Source: an uncultured Alphaproteobacteria bacterium
GTDB taxonomy: Bacteria > Pseudomonadota > Alphaproteobacteria > Micropepsales > Micropepsaceae
NCBI GenBank assembly: GCA_963752395.1
Contig: CAVVXX010000011.1
Coordinates: forward strand, 728 to 64,727
Reading direction: 5' to 3'
DNA length: 64,000 bases
Below, piece after piece: positions 1 to 8,114 of the stretch (positions are counted from its first letter, which is position 1; each line of letters opens with the position of its first letter). The position numbers and the translations under genes are program-made. A model generated the notes under the pieces. The model had not been told where the DNA came from. It worked only from the letters and a program-made list of their open reading frames with translations, and ran no database searches.

Positions 1-200
1 TCTATTTCGATCCCGCGACCAAGGCCGAGATCGCCGCCAAGCTTTCCGCCTCGCTTGCCGGTGACGGCTACCTCGTACTCGGTGCGGCCGAAACCATGCT
101 GGGATTGGGCAGCGCCTTCGAGCCCTTGGCCACTGCCCGCGGGGTCTATGTGAAGACGTCAGCCGAAAGCACAAGGCGCTTGCGGGCATTCGCGAGCTAA
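1..200 (+). CDS. 3' end of a CheR-type protein-glutamate O-methyltransferase (partial; starts outside the window)
   Basis: The frame is open from the window edge (codons phased from nt 3) to TAA at 198-200. The translation YFDPATKAEIAAKLSASLAGDGYLVLGAAETMLGLG resembles the conserved C-terminal 'iYFD..L.pGGyL.lG.sE' segment of CheR methyltransferases. Confidence 0.5.
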   Translation, partial: YFDPATKAEIAAKLSASLAGDGYLVLGAAETMLGLGSAFEPLATARGVYVKTSAESTRRLRAFAS

Positions 201-226
201 TCACAACAAAGATCAAAACTATAACT

Positions 227-415
227 TCCTCTCCCCTTGAGGGAGAGGACGCGAAATCTTGCGCTTAGCGAAGTGGCAGCAGAGCTAAGCGCTTAGATTT
301 CGCTGGTGAGGGGTGATTGGGAGCGCTGTACCCCTCACCCGAAAAATTAGCCGGTTACCGTCGCTTCGCTCCGCTAACCGAATGATTTTTCGCCCTCTCC
401 CTCAGGGGGAGAGGG
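227..415. repeat. Composite intergenic element of five consecutive hairpins, bounded by two copies of a CCTCTCCC/GGGAGAGG REP-like hairpin
   Basis: Hand-folded stems: 227-249 (9 bp), 251-303 (18 bp with a small internal loop), 305-339 (9 bp), 340-392 (8+6 bp) and 393-415 (9 bp). The first and last hairpins are near-identical and recur at 7439-7461. Confidence 0.7.
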
Positions 416-422
416 AATAACG

Positions 423-446
423 AAAAAGGGGCGCATCAAGCGCCCC
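423..446 (-). terminator. Rho-independent terminator of ctrA
   Basis: GGGGCGC/GCGCCCC stem (428-434 / 440-446) with a 5-nt loop. It is followed on the minus strand by TTTTT (complement of 423-427) and lies 27 nt after the ctrA stop. Confidence 0.6.
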
Positions 447-472
447 TTATCGTCCCCCAAACCGAAACAGGA

Positions 473-1174
473 TCAGGCGGCGCCGACCGCCAGTTTCTCA
501 TCGGGATCGCGCAGCACATAGCCGCGGCCCCAGACCGTTTCGATGTAATGCTCGCCATTGGTCGCGGCGGCGAGCTTCTTGCGCAGCTTGCAGATGAAGA
601 CGTCGATGATCTTGAGCTCGGGCTCGTCCATGCCGCCATAGAGATGATTGAGGAACATCTCCTTGGTCAGCGTCGTGCCCTTGCGGAGCGAAAGCAGCTC
701 CAGCATCTGGTATTCCTTGCCGGTCAGATGCACGCGGCTGCCATCGACCTCGACCGTCTTGGCGTCGAGATTGACGGTCAGCTTGCCGGTGGTGATGACC
801 GACTGCGAATGGCCCTTGGAGCGGCGCACGACCGCCTGGATGCGGGCGACCAGCTCGTCCTTGTGGAAGGGCTTGGTCATGTAATCGTCGGCGCCGAAAC
901 CCAGCGCCTTGACCTTGGCCTCGACGATGGCGTTGCCGGACAGGATCAGAACCGGCGTCTGCACCTTGGCGAGGCGCAGCGATTTAAGAACTTCGAAACC
1001 ACTCATGTCGGGAAGCTGCAGATCCAGCACGATAATGTCGTAATCATACAGCTTGCCGAGATCGATGCCCTCTTCGCCGAGGTCGGTGGTGTAGACATTG
1101 AAGCCTTCGGAGCGCAGCATCAGCTCGATGCTGCGCGCCATGGCGCTATCGTCTTCGATCAGTAGAACACGCAT
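473..1174 (-). CDS. ctrA: Cell-cycle response regulator CtrA (OmpR family)
   Basis: 233-aa [70 protein letters not shown]...[16 protein letters not shown] is a near-canonical alphaproteobacterial CtrA sequence. Confidence 0.95.
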   Translation of the reverse strand: MRVLLIEDDSAMARSIELMLRSEGFNVYTTDLGEEGIDLGKLYDYDIIVLDLQLPDMSGFEVLKSLRLAKVQTPVLILSGNAIVEAKVKALGFGADDYMTKPFHKDELVARIQAVVRRSKGHSQSVITTGKLTVNLDAKTVEVDGSRVHLTGKEYQMLELLSLRKGTTLTKEMFLNHLYGGMDEPELKIIDVFICKLRKKLAAATNGEHYIETVWGRGYVLRDPDEKLAVGAA

Positions 1175-1601
1175 TTACCTGGCCCCCTCACGCGCGGCAC
1201 TTCGCGCTAGGGCGACGCCGCTTTTCGAAGTCGTAAACCTTAAGGGCAATTGGTTAATAAGAGGTGCGCCGGGCCCGGCCGGATCGAATGCGTGCCAAAA
1301 AAGGACTCGCCGAGCGTCGATCAGGAGGGGCATCTCATTGATTCGCTTCGTTAAGTTTACCGTGACTTAAAGCCTCTGGTTCAAGATTGTCAAAAGGAAG
1401 AGCCCGGTCCTGGCCAATGGGACCGCGGCGATGAGGGCATCTGGTGGGATCACTGATGACGAAAACCGGCGAGGCTTTGCCTGGGTTCATGCCTGGGGCC
1501 GGCTCCCATTTGTATGGGGTCCAGGGCGGCACATGCCCCGGCATGCTCTATGCAGCGCTCCCTGTCACTCGGAGCCACATGTCGGGGAAGGGTGACGCGA
1601 A

Positions 1602-2030
1602 ATGAAACGCCGGGACTCTCTCTTGCGCCTCAAGAATTTCCGTGTCGACGAGCTCAAGCGCCGGCTCGGCACGCTCGACGAGATGAAGGCCGACCTCGAG
1701 CGCAAGCTCGCCGATCTCGATGAAAGCATCGCCCGCGAAAAGCACCGTTCCTCGGATTCCGATATCGGGCGGCTGGCATTTCCCAGTTTCGTGCGTTCGA
1801 TCGACACGCGCCGCGACAATATCCGCGCCACGATGAAAGATCTGGAGCGCGAGCGTAGTGCTGCCGAAGGCGACCTCACCTCAGCCTTTCAGGATCTCAA
1901 GACTTTTGAGATGGCCGAGGAAGAGCGCCTGCGCAGGATCGCGGACAGCGAAGCACAGGCCGCGCATTCGCGCCTCGACGAGCTTTCCATCGTCCGCCAT
2001 TTGCGCAAGCACGCACTAAGGCAAATCTAG
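1602..2030 (+). CDS. fliJ: FliJ-like coiled-coil protein (flagellar export protein FliJ family), divergent from ctrA
   Basis: 142-aa ORF. MKRRDSLLRLKNFRVDELKRRLGTLDEMKADLERKLADLDESI is a heptad-rich helical protein. This family sits next to ctrA in many Rhizobiales and is usually annotated FliJ. Confidence 0.55.
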   Translation: MKRRDSLLRLKNFRVDELKRRLGTLDEMKADLERKLADLDESIAREKHRSSDSDIGRLAFPSFVRSIDTRRDNIRATMKDLERERSAAEGDLTSAFQDLKTFEMAEEERLRRIADSEAQAAHSRLDELSIVRHLRKHALRQI

Positions 2031-2095
2031 CTTTTTCTCGCTGCGTTGACGCTACCCGGCCGGTTGATCAGAATCGGCTCGGGAGCCGAATTGTC

Positions 2096-2521
2096 ATGTC
2101 GCTTGCCGAAATCATTTCGCCACTGTTGGGGCGTTTGGCGCTCGCCTGGTTCTTTCTTTCGGACGCGTATTTGCGCGCGGCCGATTGGAACGGCACCGTC
2201 GCGCTGTTGGCGGCCAAGCATATACCGGCGCCCGGCGTGATGCTGTTCGTGGCGCTGTCGGCAATCGTGCTGGGTTCGCTGTCGCTCTTGCTCGGCTTTC
2301 GCACCAAAGCGGGCGCGCTCCTGCTTTTCGCGTTCACGATCGCAAGCACGGTGCTGTTGCACAATTATTGGGTGTTAGCCGACGTTGCCGAGCGTCAGGC
2401 CGATTATCAGCTCTTTATCCGTAACGTGGCGATTGCCGGCGGCTTGCTGTTATTGCTGGGAATTGGCCCCGGGCGCTTTGCCGCCGACAACAAAAAGAAC
2501 AAACGCCACAGCGAGCATTAA
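2096..2521 (+). CDS. DoxX family membrane protein
   Basis: 141-aa ORF with four hydrophobic segments (LGRLALAWFFL, VMLFVALSAIVLGSLSLLLGF, AGALLLFAFTIASTVLLHNYW, IRNVAIAGGLLLLLG), typical of DoxX. Confidence 0.75.
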   Translation: MSLAEIISPLLGRLALAWFFLSDAYLRAADWNGTVALLAAKHIPAPGVMLFVALSAIVLGSLSLLLGFRTKAGALLLFAFTIASTVLLHNYWVLADVAERQADYQLFIRNVAIAGGLLLLLGIGPGRFAADNKKNKRHSEH

Positions 2522-2527
2522 GCGGGG

Positions 2528-4560
2528 CTACCAGCCGCCGCCGCCGCCACCGCCCCCGCCGCCACCCGAAAATCCGCCGCCGCCCGAGCCCGACGAACTG
2601 CCGGGGGCGGAAGATGCCGCAGCCGCCGCGGTCGCAATCGATGCCCCAATTCCCGAAATTAGAGCCGCAGTGCCCACCCGCCCGAAGGACGAGCCGGAAT
2701 ACCAGCCCGGTGTGTAGGTGGTGCCTGCGGTATGCGGCCGGCCGCGGCTGCTTCGGCCTCGAATTTCTTGCTCCACTCGTTCTCGGCGTCGAGCGCGATG
2801 GCATAGGGCAGGAATTTCTCGAATACCTGCGGCGTGATCTCAGGCGGGTTGAGTTTCTCCAGCCGGTCTTTTTCGGCCGTAACCAGGAACATGCGAAAGC
2901 CGTCGATCTGGTCGCGGATTTTGGCGCCGGCAACCGTCGGCGCCTTCAGCAGGTGATAGAAGACAAAGGCGAGCACGCCCTGCGCGATCAGCGTCACGGT
3001 CACCAGCAAGGGCAGCGTGCTGCCCAATACGCCCAATGCGGCGATCAAACCGCCGGTGAAGGGCACGGCGAAGACGGTGGCGGCAATGGCGGCGCCCGTA
3101 TTGATGACGCGCGAGCCCGGCCCCCTGAACACGGTGACCCATAAATCATAGGCGCGATGGATAAGGAAGCTGGTGCCCACTGACCAGCCGCTAAGCCAGA
3201 ACAGTAAGAACGTGGTGACCGCAGGCTCTTCGGAAAAGGCGGCGGCGCCAACAGTGGCAAGCGCAAGAATGCCGAGGCCGCCCATGAACCAGCCGCTATT
3301 GGTGACGAAATAGGCGCGCTCATATTCGGCCTTGAGCGCGGCCTTCAGGCCCGTGATCGCCGCCGATACCTTGGTGTGATTGGTATGCTTGAGTTCGATC
3401 GTGTTGGAGCCCGGGAACAAGGCCCGCGCCATCGCTTTTTCGCCGCTGTCGAGGCCGGCCTCGTCATCGCTCTTGCCGGTGCGCTTCAGCGTGTATTCAC
3501 CGTGCTCTTCCGAGATCGTCAGATAACCTTTGACCGCCATGTCGATCAGCGATGCGGCAAAGGCCTTGCGGTCGTAACCCATGCGGTGAACGTCGCGCAC
3601 GGCAGCCGGCGAGAAATCCTTCGGCGGCCCAAACAGCGGCACAATCGGCCCGTGCCTGGGGTCGCGGCCGAACTTCCACCAGGCGATAAAATAATAGATA
3701 GCGAGCAGCAAAAGACCTGCCAGCGCTGCGCCAGACGCTGCATTATCGCGCAGGAAGGAGGCGGTCTTTTCGGCCTGCGTGGGGGGCGTCACCACGCCTT
3801 TGGTGAAACCGACCGCGACGGTTAGGCCTTCGCCCTGGCCGAAGGGAACCGTGCTCTGGAAATGGATCCCGCCATCGGATTCAACGCTTTCTTCGGCATC
3901 CTTGCCGGTCGCGCCTTCCGAGCCCGTGTAATAGGCGTATTGCTTAAGTGCTGCGCCGGGCGGGAGATGAATGGTGGCTTCCGCGTGCAGGATGGGAAAC
4001 GCCCAGCCATTGCCGGTCACGTTCCAATAGAGCTCGTCGTAATTGTCGAAGAAACCGATTTGGCGGTCGGTCTCATAGAGGATGATGTAAGTATGATCGC
4101 CGGTGTCGAGATAGACATCGGCGCTGCCGATCTTCACCCGCTTGCCGTTGCTGAGATTTTCAAGCTCGTAGTTTTCGGTGCTGCCGTCCCGCGTAACGCC
4201 CTTCACGTCGAAACGCACGCGTACGCGGTTTCCCGCGCGGTCGTAATAGGTGGTGGGAAAATCACGAAAGATGCCGTGGCGGATCTGATCGCCTTCCGAA
4301 TTAACAACGATGGTTTCGCGGACTGTCAGCGTGCCGTCTTTGGCGATGGCGATTTCGCTTTTGAAGTCCTTGATTTCTTCCGTCGCGCCCGCCGGTAATG
4401 GCAACAGGCTGACCGCAATCGCTGCCAGTGCCAGGGCAGCGAGAAAGCGTAGGGCGCTTGAAGGAAGGCGTGCGCAGCTCAAGAAAACGAAACCTTCGGC
4501 ACAGCGCGGTCTGCCGCGTCTTCGATCTGAAAGAATTCGGCGGGCTTGAAGGCGAACCAC
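2528..4560 (-). pseudogene. DUF2207-type membrane protein (LemA partner) with a frameshifted C-terminal Gly-rich tail
   Basis: The main ORF is 2659-4560: signal/TM region, extracellular domain, then 3 TM helices. The expected family tail (...TYTPGWYSGSSFG...SGGGGFSGGGGGGGGGGGW*) lies in another frame ending at 2528, so there is a 1-nt frame change at about 2715-2750. The true start is probably TTG at 4482, overlapping the lemA stop as TTGA. Confidence 0.75.
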
Positions 4561-5036
4561 CCCGCAATGATGTTCGAGGGCGCTTGCTGGATCATCACGT
4601 TGAAGTCGCGCACGCTCGCATTGTAATAGCGGCGCGCCAGCTGGATTTGATCCTCGATGTCGGCAAGCTGGCTTTGCAGCTGCTGGAAATTGGCGCTTGC
4701 TTTGAGATCGGGATAGGCCTCGGCCACCGCCATGATCTTGCCGATGGCCGCCGTGATCGCCTGTTCCGTTTGGGCGCGCTGGGCCAAATCGCCACTCGAC
4801 GCCTGGCTTTGCGCGCGCAGCTTGGTGAGCTGGTCCATGGTGCCGCGTTCATGCGCGGCATAGCCCTTCACGGTCTCGATCAGGTTGGGAATGAGGTCGG
4901 CGCGGCGCTTCAGCTGCGTCTCAATACCCGACCAGGCTTCGGCCACGAGATTGCGCCGCCGCACCAGCCCGTTGAAGGTCAGCAGCCCCCAGAAAATAAC
5001 GATGGCCGCGACCGCGGCGATGATCCATCCAATCAT
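4479..5036 (-). CDS. lemA: LemA family protein
   Basis: 185-aa ORF with an N-terminal TM helix, then LVRRRNLVAEAWSGIETQLKRRADLIPNLIETVKGYAAHE...ARRYYNASVRDFN, the characteristic LemA motifs. Confidence 0.9.
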   Translation of the reverse strand: MIGWIIAAVAAIVIFWGLLTFNGLVRRRNLVAEAWSGIETQLKRRADLIPNLIETVKGYAAHERGTMDQLTKLRAQSQASSGDLAQRAQTEQAITAAIGKIMAVAEAYPDLKASANFQQLQSQLADIEDQIQLARRYYNASVRDFNVMIQQAPSNIIAGWFAFKPAEFFQIEDAADRAVPKVSFS

Positions 5037-5090
5037 GCGCGGGAACCTAGAGCTTTGCGTTCTTCCCGTCTATGCCGTCCGCCCATGCGC

Positions 5091-5120
5091 AAATGGCGCC
5101 CCGTTTGGGGGGCGCCATTT
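5091..5120 (-). terminator. Strong GC hairpin between the 114-aa membrane protein gene and lemA (possible terminator)
   Basis: 12-bp stem AAATGGCGCCCC/GGGGCGCCATTT with a 6-nt loop. The A/T runs are part of the stem, so the orientation is ambiguous. Confidence 0.4.
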
Positions 5121-5150
5121 TGGCCTGGCTATCAACAGTTTTCTAAAGTT

Positions 5151-5495
5151 TCAGCCGCGGCTGATCATCGAGCGGACAAAGAACACCACCGAGATCACCA
5201 CCGCAAAGGATAGCGCATAGACAAACAGTGTCTTGCCATCCAGCGACAGGAAGGAATCCCAGTCCGACTTGGCTAGGCCCACGGCATCCTGGCCGCCGCC
5301 GATCAGGGCCCGCACATACATCGCGGCAACAAAGGCCACCAGCGCCAAAGCCGTCGCATTCAGAATGGAGCTGAAGGACGGCATCAGGAAGCCGGCCAGC
5401 AGCAGGATGATCAACAGAAGCGAAAGCCGAATGAGATCGGTGGCGCTGAACACCTGCACCGCCGCATCCCAAATATCACCGAAGCTCATATTCAC
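5151..5495 (-). CDS. Hypothetical small membrane protein (3 predicted TM segments)
   Basis: 114-aa ORF with hydrophobic stretches LIRLSLLLIILLLAGFLM, ALALVAFVAAMYV and LFVYALSFAVVISVVFFV. I recognise no family. Confidence 0.5.
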   Translation of the reverse strand: MNMSFGDIWDAAVQVFSATDLIRLSLLLIILLLAGFLMPSFSSILNATALALVAFVAAMYVRALIGGGQDAVGLAKSDWDSFLSLDGKTLFVYALSFAVVISVVFFVRSMISRG

Positions 5496-5661
5496 CCTCC
5501 ACCCGTTGCTAAGGGTTTGCTATAGGCACTGCGCAACAGCACAACGCCGCCGCCCCAACCCGAAGCAGATTATACAGCAGCGCGGATGCGCAGGCGAAAC
5601 GCCCAAGCAAAGGCTTGGCGCCGAAAGGAATTTTCTGCGCCGTGGAAAAGTGATTAAGCGA

Positions 5662-5964
5662 TTAGTTGCGGTATTGCTGCACGCGAGTCGCGCGCAGGCC
5701 CGGCATGCCGAAGCGATCGATCGCGCGCTGCCAGGCTAGGAACTCTTCCACCGTCAGCGTGTAACGGCGGCAAGCGTCTTCCAAACTGAGCAGTCCACCA
5801 CGCACCGCGGCCACGACTTCCGCTTTGCGGCGAATGACCCAGCGCTTCGTATTTGGCGGCGGCAAATCCGCAAGCGTGAGCGGGCTGCCATCGGGACCGA
5901 TGACGTAGCTCACTTTCGGCCTGCGCTGTTGTTCGCGCGTCTCTTCGCCCATACCAAACTCCAC
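5662..5964 (-). CDS. sciP: DUF1153 / SciP-type small CtrA inhibitor
   Basis: 100-aa ORF. VSYVIGPDGSPLTLADLPPPNTKRWVIRRKAEVVAAVRGGLLSLEDACRRYTLTVEEFLAWQRAIDRFGMPGLRATRVQQYR matches the conserved SciP/DUF1153 sequence as I remember it. Confidence 0.75.
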   Translation of the reverse strand: MEFGMGEETREQQRRPKVSYVIGPDGSPLTLADLPPPNTKRWVIRRKAEVVAAVRGGLLSLEDACRRYTLTVEEFLAWQRAIDRFGMPGLRATRVQQYRN

Positions 5965-6290
5965 ACCATTATCCTCATGAACCTAGCGGCCGCGGCTTAA
6001 GAAAAGGCAAAGCCATGCGGTAAACAAACGCATAAACCGAAGGTCCTGTTTTATGTTTGTTGGTAAAGCGGCGTGGCCTTTGCTGCCTTATGGACGCGTC
6101 AATCCCTAACGAGTCCTAACGCCCTTTACTTTTGGCATCACCACCACAGCGATTGCCTGCCCCGCTCCGCCAACGTGGTGGCATGATGCGGTAGAATGAT
6201 GTCCGATTTTTGACCCCTTGTCGCGGGTGTCGTTGAGGTCTCGTTCATCTTCGCTTGCAGGCCCTGGGCCCCTGCCTATAGTCGCGCGCC

Positions 6291-7427
6291 ATGACACGCA
6301 TTCTGAACAGCCTTGGGTTGGAGAAGCCGTCTGCCTCTACCCGTGTGGTTGCGGCCATGTCGGGGGGCGTGGATTCCTGTGTCGTCGCGGGACTGCTGAA
6401 GCGCCAAGGTTATGATGTCGTTGGCGTCACACTGCAGCTTTACGACCACGGTGCGGCGGTCCGGAAGAAGGGCGCCTGCTGTGCCGGGCAGGACATCCAC
6501 GACGCCAAGCGCGTGGCCGAAGCGCTGGCCATCCCCCATTACGTCCTCAATTACGAAGAGCGCTTTCGCAAGAGCGTGATGGACGATTTCGCCGAAACCT
6601 ATGCGCGGGGCGAGACGCCCATTCCCTGTGTGCGCTGCAATGAGCGGGTGAAGTTCGGCGACCTGCTCGCACTTGCACACGAACTTGGCGCCGATGCGCT
6701 CGCCACCGGCCATTATGTGCGCCGCGTCATGGGGCCAGCGGGGCCGGAACTACATCGCGCGGCCGACGCCGCACGCGACCAGAGCTATTTCCTTTTTGCC
6801 ACCACGCCGGCGCAGCTCGATTACTTGCGCTTCCCGCTGGGCGAGATGCCGAAGAGTGACGTGCGTGCGCTGGCGGCTGAGCTTGGCCTCGCGGTCGCAG
6901 ACAAGCCCGACAGCCAGGACATCTGTTTCGTGCCGCAGGGGCGCTATGACAGCGTGGTCGAGAAGCTGAAGCCTGACGCCGCGCGCGCGGGCGAGATCGT
7001 GGACATGAACGGCCAAGTGCTGGGCGCGCATTCCGGCGTCATCCATTTTACCATCGGCCAGCGCAAGGGCCTCGGCCTTTCCGGCAATGGCGAGCCTTTG
7101 TTCGTGCTCAAGCTCGATGCTGCGAAGGCGCGCGTGATCGTGGGCCCGCGCGAGGCGCTCTGTACACACACCATCACCTTGCGCGAGGTGAACTGGCTGG
7201 CGCCGGTGGAAGGCCCCGTGTCTTGCGCCGTCAAAGTGCGCTCGACGCGCCCGCCGATCGCCGCACGCGTCATGCCCGCGGGCGACGGCACGGCCATGGT
7301 CGAATTGCTGACGCCGGAAGAAGCGGTGGCACCCGGCCAGGCTTGTGTCTTTTACGAAGAAAACGGCAGCCGCGTTCTCGGCGGCGGCTGGATCGCGCGG
7401 GCGGAACCAGCAAAAGCAGCAGCATAA
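6291..7427 (+). CDS. mnmA: tRNA 2-thiouridine(34) synthase MnmA
   Basis: 378-aa ORF with the PP-loop [18 protein letters not shown] and the motifs [25 protein letters not shown] and DQSYFL. Confidence 0.95.
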   Translation: MTRILNSLGLEKPSASTRVVAAMSGGVDSCVVAGLLKRQGYDVVGVTLQLYDHGAAVRKKGACCAGQDIHDAKRVAEALAIPHYVLNYEERFRKSVMDDFAETYARGETPIPCVRCNERVKFGDLLALAHELGADALATGHYVRRVMGPAGPELHRAADAARDQSYFLFATTPAQLDYLRFPLGEMPKSDVRALAAELGLAVADKPDSQDICFVPQGRYDSVVEKLKPDAARAGEIVDMNGQVLGAHSGVIHFTIGQRKGLGLSGNGEPLFVLKLDAAKARVIVGPREALCTHTITLREVNWLAPVEGPVSCAVKVRSTRPPIAARVMPAGDGTAMVELLTPEEAVAPGQACVFYEENGSRVLGGGWIARAEPAKAAA

Positions 7428-7438
7428 GCAATAAAGTC

Positions 7439-7461
7439 CCCTCTCCCCTTGAGGGAGAGGG
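7439..7461. repeat. REP-like hairpin CCTCTCCC-CTTGA-GGGAGAGG (third copy)
   Basis: 9-bp stem identical in core to 227-249. It lies between the convergent mnmA and VOC genes. Confidence 0.65.
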
Positions 7462-7469
7462 ATAAACTT

Positions 7470-7889
7470 TTACTTCTTCTTTTTCTTTGTGCGGTTTTTC
7501 GTACGTTTTTGAGATTTTCTTTTTGTGACCTTTCCGGTGGGTTTGCCGGCTTTCGGCCGTTTGTGATGTGGCTGATAGACGTGAAGCGCGCCGCCGCCCG
7601 GTAGCGTGAGCTCGGTCATCGTACCCCAGCCGCGGTTGGTGGGCCGCGTATGGGAAATACCCTGCCTTTTCATCTCTGCGGCGAACGCATCCATGTCGGC
7701 GCACATCAGGAACAGGCGGTGCATGCTGTTTTCATCGCTCTCGTGCACCATGATGTCGGCCGAAGGCGCGGCGAAGATCAGGCGTCCATTGCCTGCGTCC
7801 ACGAAAGGGAGTTTCAGCACCTTGGAGAAAAACGCCTTGTCCGCCTTATCGTCCTTACTCTGCACCATCACATGCGCGCCGATGATCAT
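7470..7889 (-). CDS. VOC (glyoxalase/bleomycin-resistance fold) family protein with a Lys-rich C-terminal tail
   Basis: The ORF is 7470-7928; the likely start is MIIGAHVMVQSKD at 7889. LKLPFVDAGNGRLIFAAP...LTLPGGGALHVYQPHH is typical of small VOC proteins. The tail is KRPKAGKPTGKVTKRKSQKRTKNRTKKKKK. Confidence 0.7.
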   Translation of the reverse strand: MIIGAHVMVQSKDDKADKAFFSKVLKLPFVDAGNGRLIFAAPSADIMVHESDENSMHRLFLMCADMDAFAAEMKRQGISHTRPTNRGWGTMTELTLPGGGALHVYQPHHKRPKAGKPTGKVTKRKSQKRTKNRTKKKKK

Positions 7890-7961
7890 GGCGGTGGGTC
7901 CCTTTGTTTGCGGGCCGCATCCTGCCATAGCCGCATGCTCAGCTGTAACCGGGGGCTTTCC

Positions 7962-7990
7962 TTGACAGGGCTGGAAGCGCGACCTTACAT
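7962..7990 (+). promoter_or_regulatory. Possible sigma70-type promoter for the tRNA gene
   Basis: TTGACA (7962-7967), a 17-nt spacer, then TTACAT (7985-7990), 24 nt upstream of the tRNA 5' end. The -10 element is weak. Confidence 0.3.
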
Positions 7991-8014
7991 CCCCCGCCTT
8001 GGCTGAGTTTTCGT

Positions 8015-8089
8015 GGCAGCGTAGCTCAGTGGTAGAGCAGGGGAATCATAATCCCTTGGTCGGGGGTTCAAATCCCTCCGCTGCTACCA
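8015..8089 (+). tRNA. tRNA with CAU anticodon (elongator Met, or Ile2 if lysidinylated), encoded CCA end
   Basis: Hand-folded cloverleaf: acceptor GGCAGCG/CGCTGCT (G1-U72), D arm GCTC-AGTGGTA-GAGC, anticodon arm GGGGA-ATCATAA-TCCCT, T arm GGGGG-TTCAAAT-CCCTC, discriminator A and CCA. Confidence 0.85.
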
Positions 8090-8114
8090 GCCCGGCGCCA
8101 CTTCCGAGGCATGT

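Noticed and set aside
1240-1370. Full CtrA boxes (TTAA-N7-TTAA) upstream of ctrA.
   Set aside because: The TTAA pairs present are spaced N10 (1240/1254) and N12 (1351/1367), not N7. Only a half-site-like TTAACCAAT is present. The CCTAAC direct repeat upstream of sciP (about 6100-6116) has a 10-nt period and also does not fit.
2385-2717. An ORF encoding a PPPPPPPPPPP run.
   Set aside because: It is the antisense of the Gly-rich C-terminal tail of the DUF2207 protein.
8015-8089. Initiator tRNA-fMet identity for the CAU tRNA.
   Set aside because: The anticodon stem lacks the three consecutive G-C pairs next to the loop (the closing pair is A-U). Position 1:72 is a G-U pair rather than the C-A mismatch of bacterial initiators.
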